DNA of 52,186 bases, taken from NCBI GenBank assembly GCA_043754515.1, contig JAYUUO010000061.1:1-52186 (forward strand), read 5' to 3'. Under the pieces are notes generated by a model, which ran no database searches, was not told where the DNA came from, and was given only the letters and a program-made list of their open reading frames with translations. Origin of the DNA: Armatimonadota bacterium. GTDB lineage: Bacteria; Armatimonadota; Armatimonadia; Armatimonadales; Armatimonadaceae. The position numbers and the translations under genes are program-made. Below, in pieces: positions 7,734 to 16,119 of this stretch; the stretch's first letter is position 1; each line of letters starts with the position of its first letter.

Positions 7734-9965
7734 TTAGTCCTCCAATCCGGGGAATTGAACACCCCTGTCCGAGTAGTAGTGTTGCGTGATAATGTGGATC
7801 TTTTCTTCATCGAGTTCACGCTTCGCCTCGTCGTCGCCGATCAGTATTGTCTGCTCCTCTAACCAACTGTTCTTCATAGCGTCATTGAAAGTGTAAACAG
7901 GTATGTTGATGGCACGAGGCTGGGCGTACTCCCGAAACGCCATCCATGAGGGAAAATGTGTTTTAGCGTCAATGGCATCCATACTGTCTCCGGACCACTC
8001 AGCGTAGATAGTCCGCTGTGGTCCGATGTCGCGGCAACTCCATTCCTCGTCCTCGTCAGCATCTATCGCCATTTGACGCATGGGAACAATCAGCCAGTTG
8101 TTGACGCAGTTTTCTTCCAACTTAACGCGGTTCATTTTGACGCGTTCGGTGTCTTCCGCTACCGAGGGATACAAGGCGTCAACCATAGTGACTAGTTGTT
8201 CACGGGTATATTCCCCTGCTTCGAATACCAGGTCAGTTTGTGTGAGGGCATCGGCGGCTGTCCATCCGCGCCCGGAGCGGTACTCCCCATACGGGGCCGG
8301 GTAGGGTTCTCCCTTCCTTAAGGGGTTGATGATGGTGATTTCGCCGACATTGTCGGCGAAGCGAGACAGCCGCCCGATGCGCTGAACGAGCCGGTCCAGC
8401 GGGGCGAGGTCGGAGATCATACGGTCCGCACTGATATTGACCGACAGTTCACCGATTTGAGTGAGAACGGCGATCCCGTGTTGCGTCCCGCTCTCCCACG
8501 CCTCCTTGCCTAGCATAGCCAGAAGTTCGCCCTCAATGCGTTTCTTGTCGGTCTCGGTGAAGCGACTGTGGTACAGAACGACATCTTCGAAGCCGTTGTC
8601 GGTCAGATAAGCAAAGTATGCTTGCGCCCGCGCCACGGTGTTGGCATAGATGATCAAAGGCTCGCGGTTCTTACCTTGCTCTAGCAGTTCAGATACGTCT
8701 TCGGGCTTCTCAACGCGCGACTCATGCCGGATGACTCGGCACCGAACGTCCTCCGCCTTATCTGTGTCCTCGACAATGGCTTCAATTGCATAGCCAGAAC
8801 GGGCGTAGAGTTGGCGAAACGAATCAGGGATAGTCGCACTCATGATCAGCACCGGGACATCCAGCAGACGAAGAGCACGGAGCAGAACAACGATGTTAGC
8901 CTGCGTAAAGGCGTCGTAAAAATCGGATTCATCAATCACGACACAGGCGTTCGCCATCCCCCAAAAAATGGCATGGTGGTCCTCGCGCCGTCCGGTGAGC
9001 GAGATGCACAGGTGATCAATCGTGGTCACCGTGATAGGCGTTTCGAGTAGCCGCGCCAGTTCGTGTTGTTTCTGAGCAAAATCGCTCTTATCGTCCCGCT
9101 GAATCCACGCGCTGGAGTGGTACACCCCTGTGCTGCTCAGGGTCCGCGCGGTCGCAATTGCTAGGGCGGACGCGGTGAAGCGCGTCGGCATGGCGATCAC
9201 AAGGCGGTCTGCACGTCCATGCTCGATCTGATGTTTCGCCCACAGGAGAGCGGCATCGGTTTTCCCGGAGCCAGTCGGGGCGCGAAGAATGCCGACCGGC
9301 TCCTTATACAAATCGGCGACCGTGATTTGTACGCCGCGCTTTTGCCACGCCTTCGGAAACGTATATGAGAACGTGTCGAACTTTGGTAGAGTCGCCTTCG
9401 CTTCCTTTGCGCTAGCACGATGATCGAAGAGTTGAAGGAGGGATCGGATGCCGCTGAAACGGTACCGCTCCGCGATGGCTTCATCAAAGGCTCCGTAATC
9501 CATCGTTCCGTTTAGCGTGAGCAACCCTTCCCAAAGGGTAGCGAATTTTCCGCCGTCGTCGGTTTGCCACCGATTGGCGTGGCGGTGGCTCAGTTTACTG
9601 TGGTGCGCCGCAACCGCGACATGTACGCTGGGCGCGAGTTGTCGCCCCGCGTCCCGCGCACGACGGAGAGAATCCATCTCATGACGAATCCCAGTTTGCC
9701 GCAGGTTCGCCCCCGTTTTCTTTCCCTTCGTACGAATATATTCGGCGTTATCCTTGAGACATGCTGATTGCCAAGCGGGATGTTTCTTCCCTTGATCGTG
9801 CCAATCTATTGCGCTTTGAAGCAAGGCGAATAGATCTTCGCCCGTACGTTTGTGATACTTCACCGCTACGTTGGGGCGGGCGGTGAAGTATTCGTTGGAT
9901 TGCTCGTGCAAGTGCTGTGTGTGGTCGGCAAGTGTGATGCCGCTTGGCTTGGCGAGTATAGACAT
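7734..9965 (-). CDS. cas3: CRISPR-associated helicase/nuclease Cas3 (HD + SF2)
   Basis: Starts MSILAKPSGITLADHT at 9965. HD motifs WHDQGK, AHH and DHRAS; Walker A APTGSGKT; IDESD; MSAT; YHSRF; QRIGRLSR. Confidence 0.95.
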   Translation of the reverse strand: MSILAKPSGITLADHTQHLHEQSNEYFTARPNVAVKYHKRTGEDLFALLQSAIDWHDQGKKHPAWQSACLKDNAEYIRTKGKKTGANLRQTGIRHEMDSLRRARDAGRQLAPSVHVAVAAHHSKLSHRHANRWQTDDGGKFATLWEGLLTLNGTMDYGAFDEAIAERYRFSGIRSLLQLFDHRASAKEAKATLPKFDTFSYTFPKAWQKRGVQITVADLYKEPVGILRAPTGSGKTDAALLWAKHQIEHGRADRLVIAMPTRFTASALAIATARTLSSTGVYHSSAWIQRDDKSDFAQKQHELARLLETPITVTTIDHLCISLTGRREDHHAIFWGMANACVVIDESDFYDAFTQANIVVLLRALRLLDVPVLIMSATIPDSFRQLYARSGYAIEAIVEDTDKAEDVRCRVIRHESRVEKPEDVSELLEQGKNREPLIIYANTVARAQAYFAYLTDNGFEDVVLYHSRFTETDKKRIEGELLAMLGKEAWESGTQHGIAVLTQIGELSVNISADRMISDLAPLDRLVQRIGRLSRFADNVGEITIINPLRKGEPYPAPYGEYRSGRGWTAADALTQTDLVFEAGEYTREQLVTMVDALYPSVAEDTERVKMNRVKLEENCVNNWLIVPMRQMAIDADEDEEWSCRDIGPQRTIYAEWSGDSMDAIDAKTHFPSWMAFREYAQPRAINIPVYTFNDAMKNSWLEEQTILIGDDEAKRELDEEKIHIITQHYYSDRGVQFPGLED

Positions 9966-9975
9966 GGTTGTCCGA

Positions 9976-10914
9976 TTATTTACTAGCAGCCGCGAATGCT
10001 TCAGTTGTTGTGACCGGCGCGTCTGGCGCGGGGTCGAACAGTTCGGCAACACTCAAAAAACCGAGTGCCTTTTGATACGCCATTGCCACGCTGTCCGCGT
10101 TTGAAGAGGTGTCATCGCCGAAGAAGACGGTTCCTCCCCGCCCCTCAATCTCGGCGATCATGTTTTTTTGCTCGGTTTCCTCTACATCCTGCTTGAAGTA
10201 GCGGCACGCTTTGCGAGACAGGCGCGTGTCGAACGCGATGACAACCTTTTGCGGCTCAGCGGAAGTAGCATTGCGGGCGTTGTTTGCGTATTCCGTGAGT
10301 GCGGAAGTGGCTTCTAGGGCAAGCCGGATGCGCCGCCGCCGCTCGGTTTCGTTAGCAAACCGTGCGTACATGGTTTCTAGATGTACTCCAGCAACGTTGC
10401 CAGCTGAACCATACTTGTAGTATTTGCGAAACGACACTGCCCCCACGTCAATGTGAAAACTCATCACCATCAGATCATCCTGCGAAAACTCGCGGGTCGC
10501 GAGTGCCTGTCCTTTACTGTCTGCGTTTTGGGTGACTTTGAGACGAATTAACAGGTCGCGCCCGACCTCACTGTTGTTACGGGCTACTGCTGGAGTCGCG
10601 GTGACTGGGGCGGATCGCCGCCCGCTGTAGGATTCTTGGCTGGTATGTAGGAAGCCGCCGAGGTCGGCGCGGAGGTCGGTTTCGACTTCCGCAGAGATGC
10701 CATCGCCGTTGGTAACACGGGTATTGGGGTTGTCGTTAAGCCCGTCAATCGCGGAAAACAGCGCATGGCGTTGCTTCTGCCCAGAGATGTAAACGCGCCC
10801 ATCGGGGCGGCGTTTGATTGACGAGGCGTTGCCGAGAATCTTCTCGCCGCCGTTCGCGATGTGATCACTCATCGGAGCGATTGCAGTGACAAGGATGCCT
10901 TTGATGGTTGACAT
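9976..10914 (-). CDS. cas7: Cas7 backbone subunit, type I-PGING (Csp1-like)
   Basis: HIANGGEKILGNASSIK, VYISGQKQRHALF and DLRADLGGF motifs recalled from Csp1/DevR-like Cas7; position between cas8 and cas3. Confidence 0.88.
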   Translation of the reverse strand: MSTIKGILVTAIAPMSDHIANGGEKILGNASSIKRRPDGRVYISGQKQRHALFSAIDGLNDNPNTRVTNGDGISAEVETDLRADLGGFLHTSQESYSGRRSAPVTATPAVARNNSEVGRDLLIRLKVTQNADSKGQALATREFSQDDLMVMSFHIDVGAVSFRKYYKYGSAGNVAGVHLETMYARFANETERRRRIRLALEATSALTEYANNARNATSAEPQKVVIAFDTRLSRKACRYFKQDVEETEQKNMIAEIEGRGGTVFFGDDTSSNADSVAMAYQKALGFLSVAELFDPAPDAPVTTTEAFAAASK

Positions 10915-10926
10915 AATGTGTATTAG

Positions 10927-11391
10927 TTACTTTCCAGAAGTGCTTTGTAGTTCGGTCGCGCTAACAGCGGGATTATCGTCTTCACTTGATCGCGGCGTGT
11001 CGGCTTCGAGGGGGTCGGCTTCCGCCTTCTTCGTGCGAACGGATTGCAGGCGCATATACGCCACCAGCATGTTTTGCGCCTGTGGTAAGAATTGCATTCC
11101 CCCTGTGAGGGTAGCGTCATAAAACGCCTGCGCTTCGGGAGGCGCGTCACGCTCCAGTAAGCGTCCAGCGCGAACGGAAACACGACACAGCATGTCAGTC
11201 GGGTCTTTCGCGCTTAACACCGCGCTCTCGAACTCGGCTAGTAGTTTCGCCTTGTCCCGGCGCAGAATCCGCGCCTCGACCGGAGCATCGCCGTGTGATT
11301 CCTTCGCCGCGAAATATGCCGCAGTGTTGATCCACTGACCGAGGACGCGGGCGGCATCTACCACGGGTTCGGGTATTTTGTTGTTGTCCAT
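10927..11391 (-). CDS. Putative internally translated small subunit Cas11 (154 aa), in frame within cas8
   Basis: In-frame ATG at 11391 with GGAAGG 8 nt upstream, at the start of the C-terminal helical domain. Confidence 0.6.
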   Translation of the reverse strand: MDNNKIPEPVVDAARVLGQWINTAAYFAAKESHGDAPVEARILRRDKAKLLAEFESAVLSAKDPTDMLCRVSVRAGRLLERDAPPEAQAFYDATLTGGMQFLPQAQNMLVAYMRLQSVRTKKAEADPLEADTPRSSEDDNPAVSATELQSTSGK

Positions 11392-12549
11392 AAAGAAAGC
11401 CTTCCAGAGAGGGAGTAATGACGGGGCGTATTCGGTGCGAAACGCCAGAAAGTCGCGGAGCGAGGGCGTGTCGAAACTTTGTAGGAATCGCGCCGCCATC
11501 AAAAAGAACAGCCGGTAGTCATTGTCGGAACGATCTATAAGCTGTGCTTCCGCGTCCTTGTAGAACCGAGAGCGGAAGTACAGGTCATCAACGATCTGCC
11601 GCAGTTTGGCCGAGCGCGCCAGTCCGACGACGTGATGCGAAAACAGCGCGACTTTGATACCGTCGTAGCTGACGATATACAGCGGGCATTCGGTGAGCGA
11701 TTCTAAAACGGCCAGAGCACGTTTCCTATTTTCGGATTTGGCGACGCTTGCCCATTCGCCAATAGCCGCCAGTACACCGACCGCACCGAACGCTTCCGTA
11801 TTACGGGGAGCATTCGGGTAGTTACCACTACAGATCAAAGGGCGTTTGTAGGTGCGTGCCGCCTTCTTTTTTGCGTCGTCTGCCGGGTTATAAGTAGCCG
11901 TCATCCCGAAGTCGCCGCGACTGCTTACCATGTAGCGAAACACCACCACGAAATCCGAGAGAGCGGCTAGTGGTAAGTCAGGAATAACACTTGTGTATCG
12001 TAGGTCGGTAGCATCACGGATGACGAGCGCAGCAGGTTTATCAGACGTCAGTGTAGCGATGGTAGCGCAGGCTTTTTCTAGAAGTGTGCCGGTAGGATTT
12101 TGCTTGTCGCCAGTGCGCCCATTGTTAAATTCACCGGTGACTGGACTTAGAGAGCGTTTGAGTTCCACGCCACCGCGTAGTAAATCCCCGCCCGCTTTTA
12201 TTTCGTCAACAAGAGCATCGGCGTTTTTGAATGTTTCTTTGGAACTGCCGTCACTTGCTATCACGTGAGGGTAGAGGTACACGCCCTCTTTTGCACCACC
12301 AATCGTGCCCTCTCGAAGGCGTTCCGCAGTGACAACGGAGAATCGAGTTTCGTCCTGCAACTTCGGGTTGTCGTTCGTCTCCATACGGAAACGCTCCAAG
12401 CCTGCCTCGATAGCTCCGGCGAGCGCGGCGCGAAGTCCTGCTTCGGTCGGGTTGTCACAGTACTCCTCGCGGTTCACGGCGACGGCTAGCCCGTAGCGCG
12501 AGAATGGGTGAAGCGGAATAATAGACAGAGCGACTAGTGTTGTATCCAT
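10927..12549 (-). CDS. cas8: Large subunit Cas8, type I-PGING (Csp2-like)
   Basis: About 540 aa between cas5 and cas7; HPFSRYGLA N-terminus, GNYPNAP and GAVGVLAAIGEW motifs, helical C-terminus. Confidence 0.75.
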   Translation of the reverse strand: MDTTLVALSIIPLHPFSRYGLAVAVNREEYCDNPTEAGLRAALAGAIEAGLERFRMETNDNPKLQDETRFSVVTAERLREGTIGGAKEGVYLYPHVIASDGSSKETFKNADALVDEIKAGGDLLRGGVELKRSLSPVTGEFNNGRTGDKQNPTGTLLEKACATIATLTSDKPAALVIRDATDLRYTSVIPDLPLAALSDFVVVFRYMVSSRGDFGMTATYNPADDAKKKAARTYKRPLICSGNYPNAPRNTEAFGAVGVLAAIGEWASVAKSENRKRALAVLESLTECPLYIVSYDGIKVALFSHHVVGLARSAKLRQIVDDLYFRSRFYKDAEAQLIDRSDNDYRLFFLMAARFLQSFDTPSLRDFLAFRTEYAPSLLPLWKAFFMDNNKIPEPVVDAARVLGQWINTAAYFAAKESHGDAPVEARILRRDKAKLLAEFESAVLSAKDPTDMLCRVSVRAGRLLERDAPPEAQAFYDATLTGGMQFLPQAQNMLVAYMRLQSVRTKKAEADPLEADTPRSSEDDNPAVSATELQSTSGK

Positions 12550-13337
12550 GACGCCTCCACCCAACCGTCGCTACTGCCGAGGTAGAGCGGAGCGGCCGGG
12601 TTCTGTACACTCTCGGCAAGAAGTGCCGCGAGCGGTACCGACGTTTCGACGGCAACGACAAACACTGCTTTCGCCTCGGTTTCGACGTACTCGCGCATAG
12701 AGGGTGATGGGTAATAATGCGGCAGGTATGGGTTAACGGCGACGGTTGAAATTGTGTCGCCGCGCTGAAAATCGTATATTGCCTGCGCGTCGTTTCGTCC
12801 TGTGTCGTTCACCGTTGTTTTTGCCACCCCTTTCGGAAGTGTCTTACAGAAAGCAATCTCGTTTTTAAGCGGTATTAGTTCACTACTGTATTCACGACTA
12901 CCATTTGCCGATTCCATGCCTTTAGTGCGAGCAAGTCGTCCCCAGTAATCGCTAAAGCGTAGCGCGACCCGTGCGATTTCGACGGAGCCGAAGCGCACAT
13001 GATGTTGCAACAGCGGTTGGAACCCCGACTGTGATGAGGCGGGCGCGAGACGTAAACGCCGCTTCAATTCATCCATCACCTTTTTGCGGTGTTCCATGCT
13101 GACGTGCCAGCCGAGCGCATTTTCGAGCAGTCCGTAAAGCATAGCAGGTGTCGGAGTATCATCCGACCGGTAGTACTTCCCCGGCATCCGCGTCACGATT
13201 GATAGTGGCGCGAGTGGTTCGACCACCAGCTCGGCTGACACGGAAAACTCGGGGGTCTCGTCAAGGAGTGCGAACACATTCCCCGGGCGCGCAACCTCCA
13301 GCGGTTCGTCAAAGTTTAGCAAGAGCAGATCACGCAC
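12534..13337 (-). CDS. cas5: Cas5, type I-PGING (Cas5p-like)
   Basis: EPLAPLSIV..PGKYYRS...PT..MLYGLLENALGWH, REYV, and C-terminal PLYLGSSDGWV. Confidence 0.88.
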   Translation of the reverse strand: MRDLLLLNFDEPLEVARPGNVFALLDETPEFSVSAELVVEPLAPLSIVTRMPGKYYRSDDTPTPAMLYGLLENALGWHVSMEHRKKVMDELKRRLRLAPASSQSGFQPLLQHHVRFGSVEIARVALRFSDYWGRLARTKGMESANGSREYSSELIPLKNEIAFCKTLPKGVAKTTVNDTGRNDAQAIYDFQRGDTISTVAVNPYLPHYYPSPSMREYVETEAKAVFVVAVETSVPLAALLAESVQNPAAPLYLGSSDGWVEASWIQH

Positions 13338-14124
13338 GGGCGTCCACCTCCAGCATCCCCATTCCGCTCGAGTTTTTCTCCCCCAGCCCGCACTCGTACG
13401 CCACCCGGATCAGTTCCGGCGACCCCGACAGCGTCAGGGGCGCGAGCGTGCCGATCACGTCTATCGGGCCGCCCGCGCCCGGCAACGTCACCTTCTTCGT
13501 GCCGCCGTGCGGGGCGCGGGCGAGGTACGACTCCGACAGCGTCATCGTCAGCGACGCGTCCGCCGGCTCCACGCCGTGCAGGGCGCGGTACTTGCGCACC
13601 ACGTTCGCCCGCACCGCGTCCGACAACTCCCCGCCGTCCGAAGGCCGCAGGTAGCGGGCTGTTTTGTGGGTGTCCGACGGCACGGAAGCGACTATTGGCG
13701 TCAGGCACGTGAACCCCATCGCGCCCGAGAACGTCGGGTCGGGCAGGCCGTCCAGCGCGACCAGCGTGAAGCGTTGCCCGCCGATCACGAACGCGTCGCT
13801 CTTGTCGAGAAGCCCCGTCACCTCGTGGCGCAGGAACTCTTCCTTTGGCGAGGAGATCGTCCACGTCACCACGCCCGGCGCGATCTCCACCTGCGCCCCG
13901 ACGAGCCGGCGGTTACTCTTCGGGACACGGAGCGCGGAGAACGTGAACAGCTTGTAGCGGCGCGTGTCGCCCGCATCCGGGACGTAGCCGACATCATGCA
14001 GGAAACTCGCGTACGCCGCGTCGCTACGCCCGAGGTGGTCGAATATCGCGCCGCGCAGAAGGTGGTAGTGATCAATCGGTAGACGGACGAACGAATCGTT
14101 CCGCAATGTGGCCTGAATCCGCAA
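13330..14124 (-). CDS. cas6: CRISPR-associated endoribonuclease Cas6
   Basis: FLHDVGY, YKLFTFS, WTISSP, LTPIV and glycine-rich loop GLGEKNSSGMG; TTG start with AAGGAG RBS. Confidence 0.95.
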   Translation of the reverse strand: MRIQATLRNDSFVRLPIDHYHLLRGAIFDHLGRSDAAYASFLHDVGYVPDAGDTRRYKLFTFSALRVPKSNRRLVGAQVEIAPGVVTWTISSPKEEFLRHEVTGLLDKSDAFVIGGQRFTLVALDGLPDPTFSGAMGFTCLTPIVASVPSDTHKTARYLRPSDGGELSDAVRANVVRKYRALHGVEPADASLTMTLSESYLARAPHGGTKKVTLPGAGGPIDVIGTLAPLTLSGSPELIRVAYECGLGEKNSSGMGMLEVDARA

Positions 14125-14142
14125 AATCGCGTGTCTCCTTTT

Positions 14143-14234
14143 CTTTCCATCGTTTCTTCGATGCCAACAATATAGTCACGCACTTTCCATGCCGACCGGT
14201 AAAGAATCAGCGAAAAACGAGAATAAGTTTCGAT
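14143..14234 (-). repeat. Cluster of degenerate CRISPR-repeat-like fragments upstream of cas6
   Basis: Handle-like 8-mers on the minus strand: ATCGAAAC (14234-14227), ATGGAAAG (14190-14183) and ATGGAAAG (14150-14143), each 7/8 identical to ATGGAAAC. The last two extend into partial repeat similarity. Confidence 0.5.
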
Positions 14235-14349
14235 TGCGCTACATCCCTCCCCCAAAGAGTAGTGCCTGTTCACGGAATCTACGCGCCCCAAATAGGTATA
14301 CTGAAGTCGAAGGGAATACTCTTCTGTCCGAGGGGAGCCGACCTATATT

Positions 14350-16053
14350 ATGTCATTACCGAAGCCCACGATATTTGCCATTGATGATGATCCTCAGGTG
14401 CTCGCCGCAGTCGTACGCGACTTACGCCGCCATTACAGCAAGAAGTACAGCATTCTGCAAGCCGCGTCCGGCGAGTCCGCGCTGGACGCTCTGAAGCGGC
14501 TCGTGTTGCGCCCCGGCGAAACAGTCGCGCTGTTCTTGTCCGACCAGCGGATGCCCGGCATCTCCGGCGTCGAGTTCCTGAGCGAGGCGCGCAAGATATT
14601 CCCCGACGCGCGGCGCGTGCTACTCACCGCGTACGCCGACACCGAAGCCGCGATCCAGGCGATCAACGGCGCGAACGTGGACTACTACCAGCAGAAGCCG
14701 TGGGACCCCGCCGAGGAGAAACTGTATCCCGTTCTGGACCGGGTGCTGGATCAGTGGAACGACCCGCGCCCGTGCGAGATATTTGACGGGATACGGGTAA
14801 TCGGGCACCGCTGGTCGCGCGAGTACCACGCGATCAAGGACTTCCTCGCGCGTAATCTGGTGGACTTCCAGGCGATAGATGTCGCGGACGACCGGCTCGA
14901 TCCGGAGTTCAAGCGCATCGTCGCGGCGGTGGGTGGGGACGCCGAGCCGCAATGTCTGCCGCTGGTGCTGATGCCGGACGGGAAGCGTTTGTCGAACCCG
15001 ACCATCGCCGAGGTCGCCACGACTATCGGGCTGTCAACGCTCCCGAAGAACGAGTTTTACGACGTCGTGATCATCGGCGCGGGGCCGGCGGGGCTGGCGG
15101 CGGGCGTTTACGCGGGTTCCGAGGGCCTGAAGACTTTGATAATCGAGCGCGAGGCACCCGGCGGACAGGCGGGAACCTCGTCGCGGATCGAGAACTACCT
15201 CGGCTTCCCGCAGGGCATCAGCGGCAAACTGCTGACTCAGTACGCCCGCGACCAGGCGGTGAAGTTCAGCGTCGAAATCCTCGCCCCGCAGGAGGTCACT
15301 GCCGTGCGCGTCGAGGAAAAGTACCGCGTCCTGACGCTCGCGAGCGGCGAGCAGATCAGCACGTATGTGGTGCTGATCGCGTCGGGGGTGCAGTACGTTA
15401 AACTGGACTCGCCTGGCATGGAGGAGCTATCCGGGCGCGGCGTGTACTACGGCGCGGCGACCACCGAGGCGTTGTCGTGCCAGGACGACGACGTGTACCT
15501 GATCGGCGGGGCTAACTCGTCGGGGCAGGCGGCGTTGTTCTTCTCGCGCTACGCGCGGGCGGTACACATGATTATTCGCGGCGATTCGCTGGAGACGGGG
15601 ATGTCACAATACCTGGTGGACGAGATCTGCAAAATCCCGAACATCAAGGTGCGGCTCCGCTCCGAGGTGGTCGAGGCGCGCGGGAGTGAGCATCTGGAAG
15701 GGGTATCCATCGCGCGGCGGGACGAGGGCGGCGCGGTTGTGGAGACAACGCGGGAGGATGCCCGCGCCCTGTTCATTTTCATCGGGGCGGCTCCGCGCAC
15801 GGACTTCCTGGACGGTGTGGTGGCGCGCGACGCGAAGGGGTTTATCCTGGCGGGGCCGGATCTGAAAAAGGACGGCAAATTGCCAAAATCATGGACTCTG
15901 GAGCGCGACCCGTACCTGCTGGAAACCAGCGTTCCGGGGATCTTCGTCGCCGGGGACGTCCGCGCGGGGTCGGTCAAGCGCGTCGCGTCGGGGGTCGGCG
16001 AGGGCGCGATCGCGGTGTCGTTCATGCACCAATATCTGGCGGCGACGCGGTAA
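14350..16053 (+). CDS. Response regulator receiver fused to a thioredoxin-reductase-like FAD oxidoreductase
   Basis: REC motifs IDDD, SDQRMP, LTAY, KPW; TrxB motifs GAGPAG, GGQAGTSSRIENYLGFP, GGANS, FVAGDV. Confidence 0.92.
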   Translation: MSLPKPTIFAIDDDPQVLAAVVRDLRRHYSKKYSILQAASGESALDALKRLVLRPGETVALFLSDQRMPGISGVEFLSEARKIFPDARRVLLTAYADTEAAIQAINGANVDYYQQKPWDPAEEKLYPVLDRVLDQWNDPRPCEIFDGIRVIGHRWSREYHAIKDFLARNLVDFQAIDVADDRLDPEFKRIVAAVGGDAEPQCLPLVLMPDGKRLSNPTIAEVATTIGLSTLPKNEFYDVVIIGAGPAGLAAGVYAGSEGLKTLIIEREAPGGQAGTSSRIENYLGFPQGISGKLLTQYARDQAVKFSVEILAPQEVTAVRVEEKYRVLTLASGEQISTYVVLIASGVQYVKLDSPGMEELSGRGVYYGAATTEALSCQDDDVYLIGGANSSGQAALFFSRYARAVHMIIRGDSLETGMSQYLVDEICKIPNIKVRLRSEVVEARGSEHLEGVSIARRDEGGAVVETTREDARALFIFIGAAPRTDFLDGVVARDAKGFILAGPDLKKDGKLPKSWTLERDPYLLETSVPGIFVAGDVRAGSVKRVASGVGEGAIAVSFMHQYLAATR

Positions 16054-16119
16054 GACCGGCGAGACCACGGCATGACCACCGGCGGCGCGGAGTCGTAGAA
16101 AGTTAGCAAGGGACTGTAT

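Noticed and set aside
7783..7797. TGCGTGA match upstream of cas4 as a target of the putative cas6-UTR guide
   Set aside because: A 7-nt exact match is expected several times by chance in 52 kb; no PAM support.
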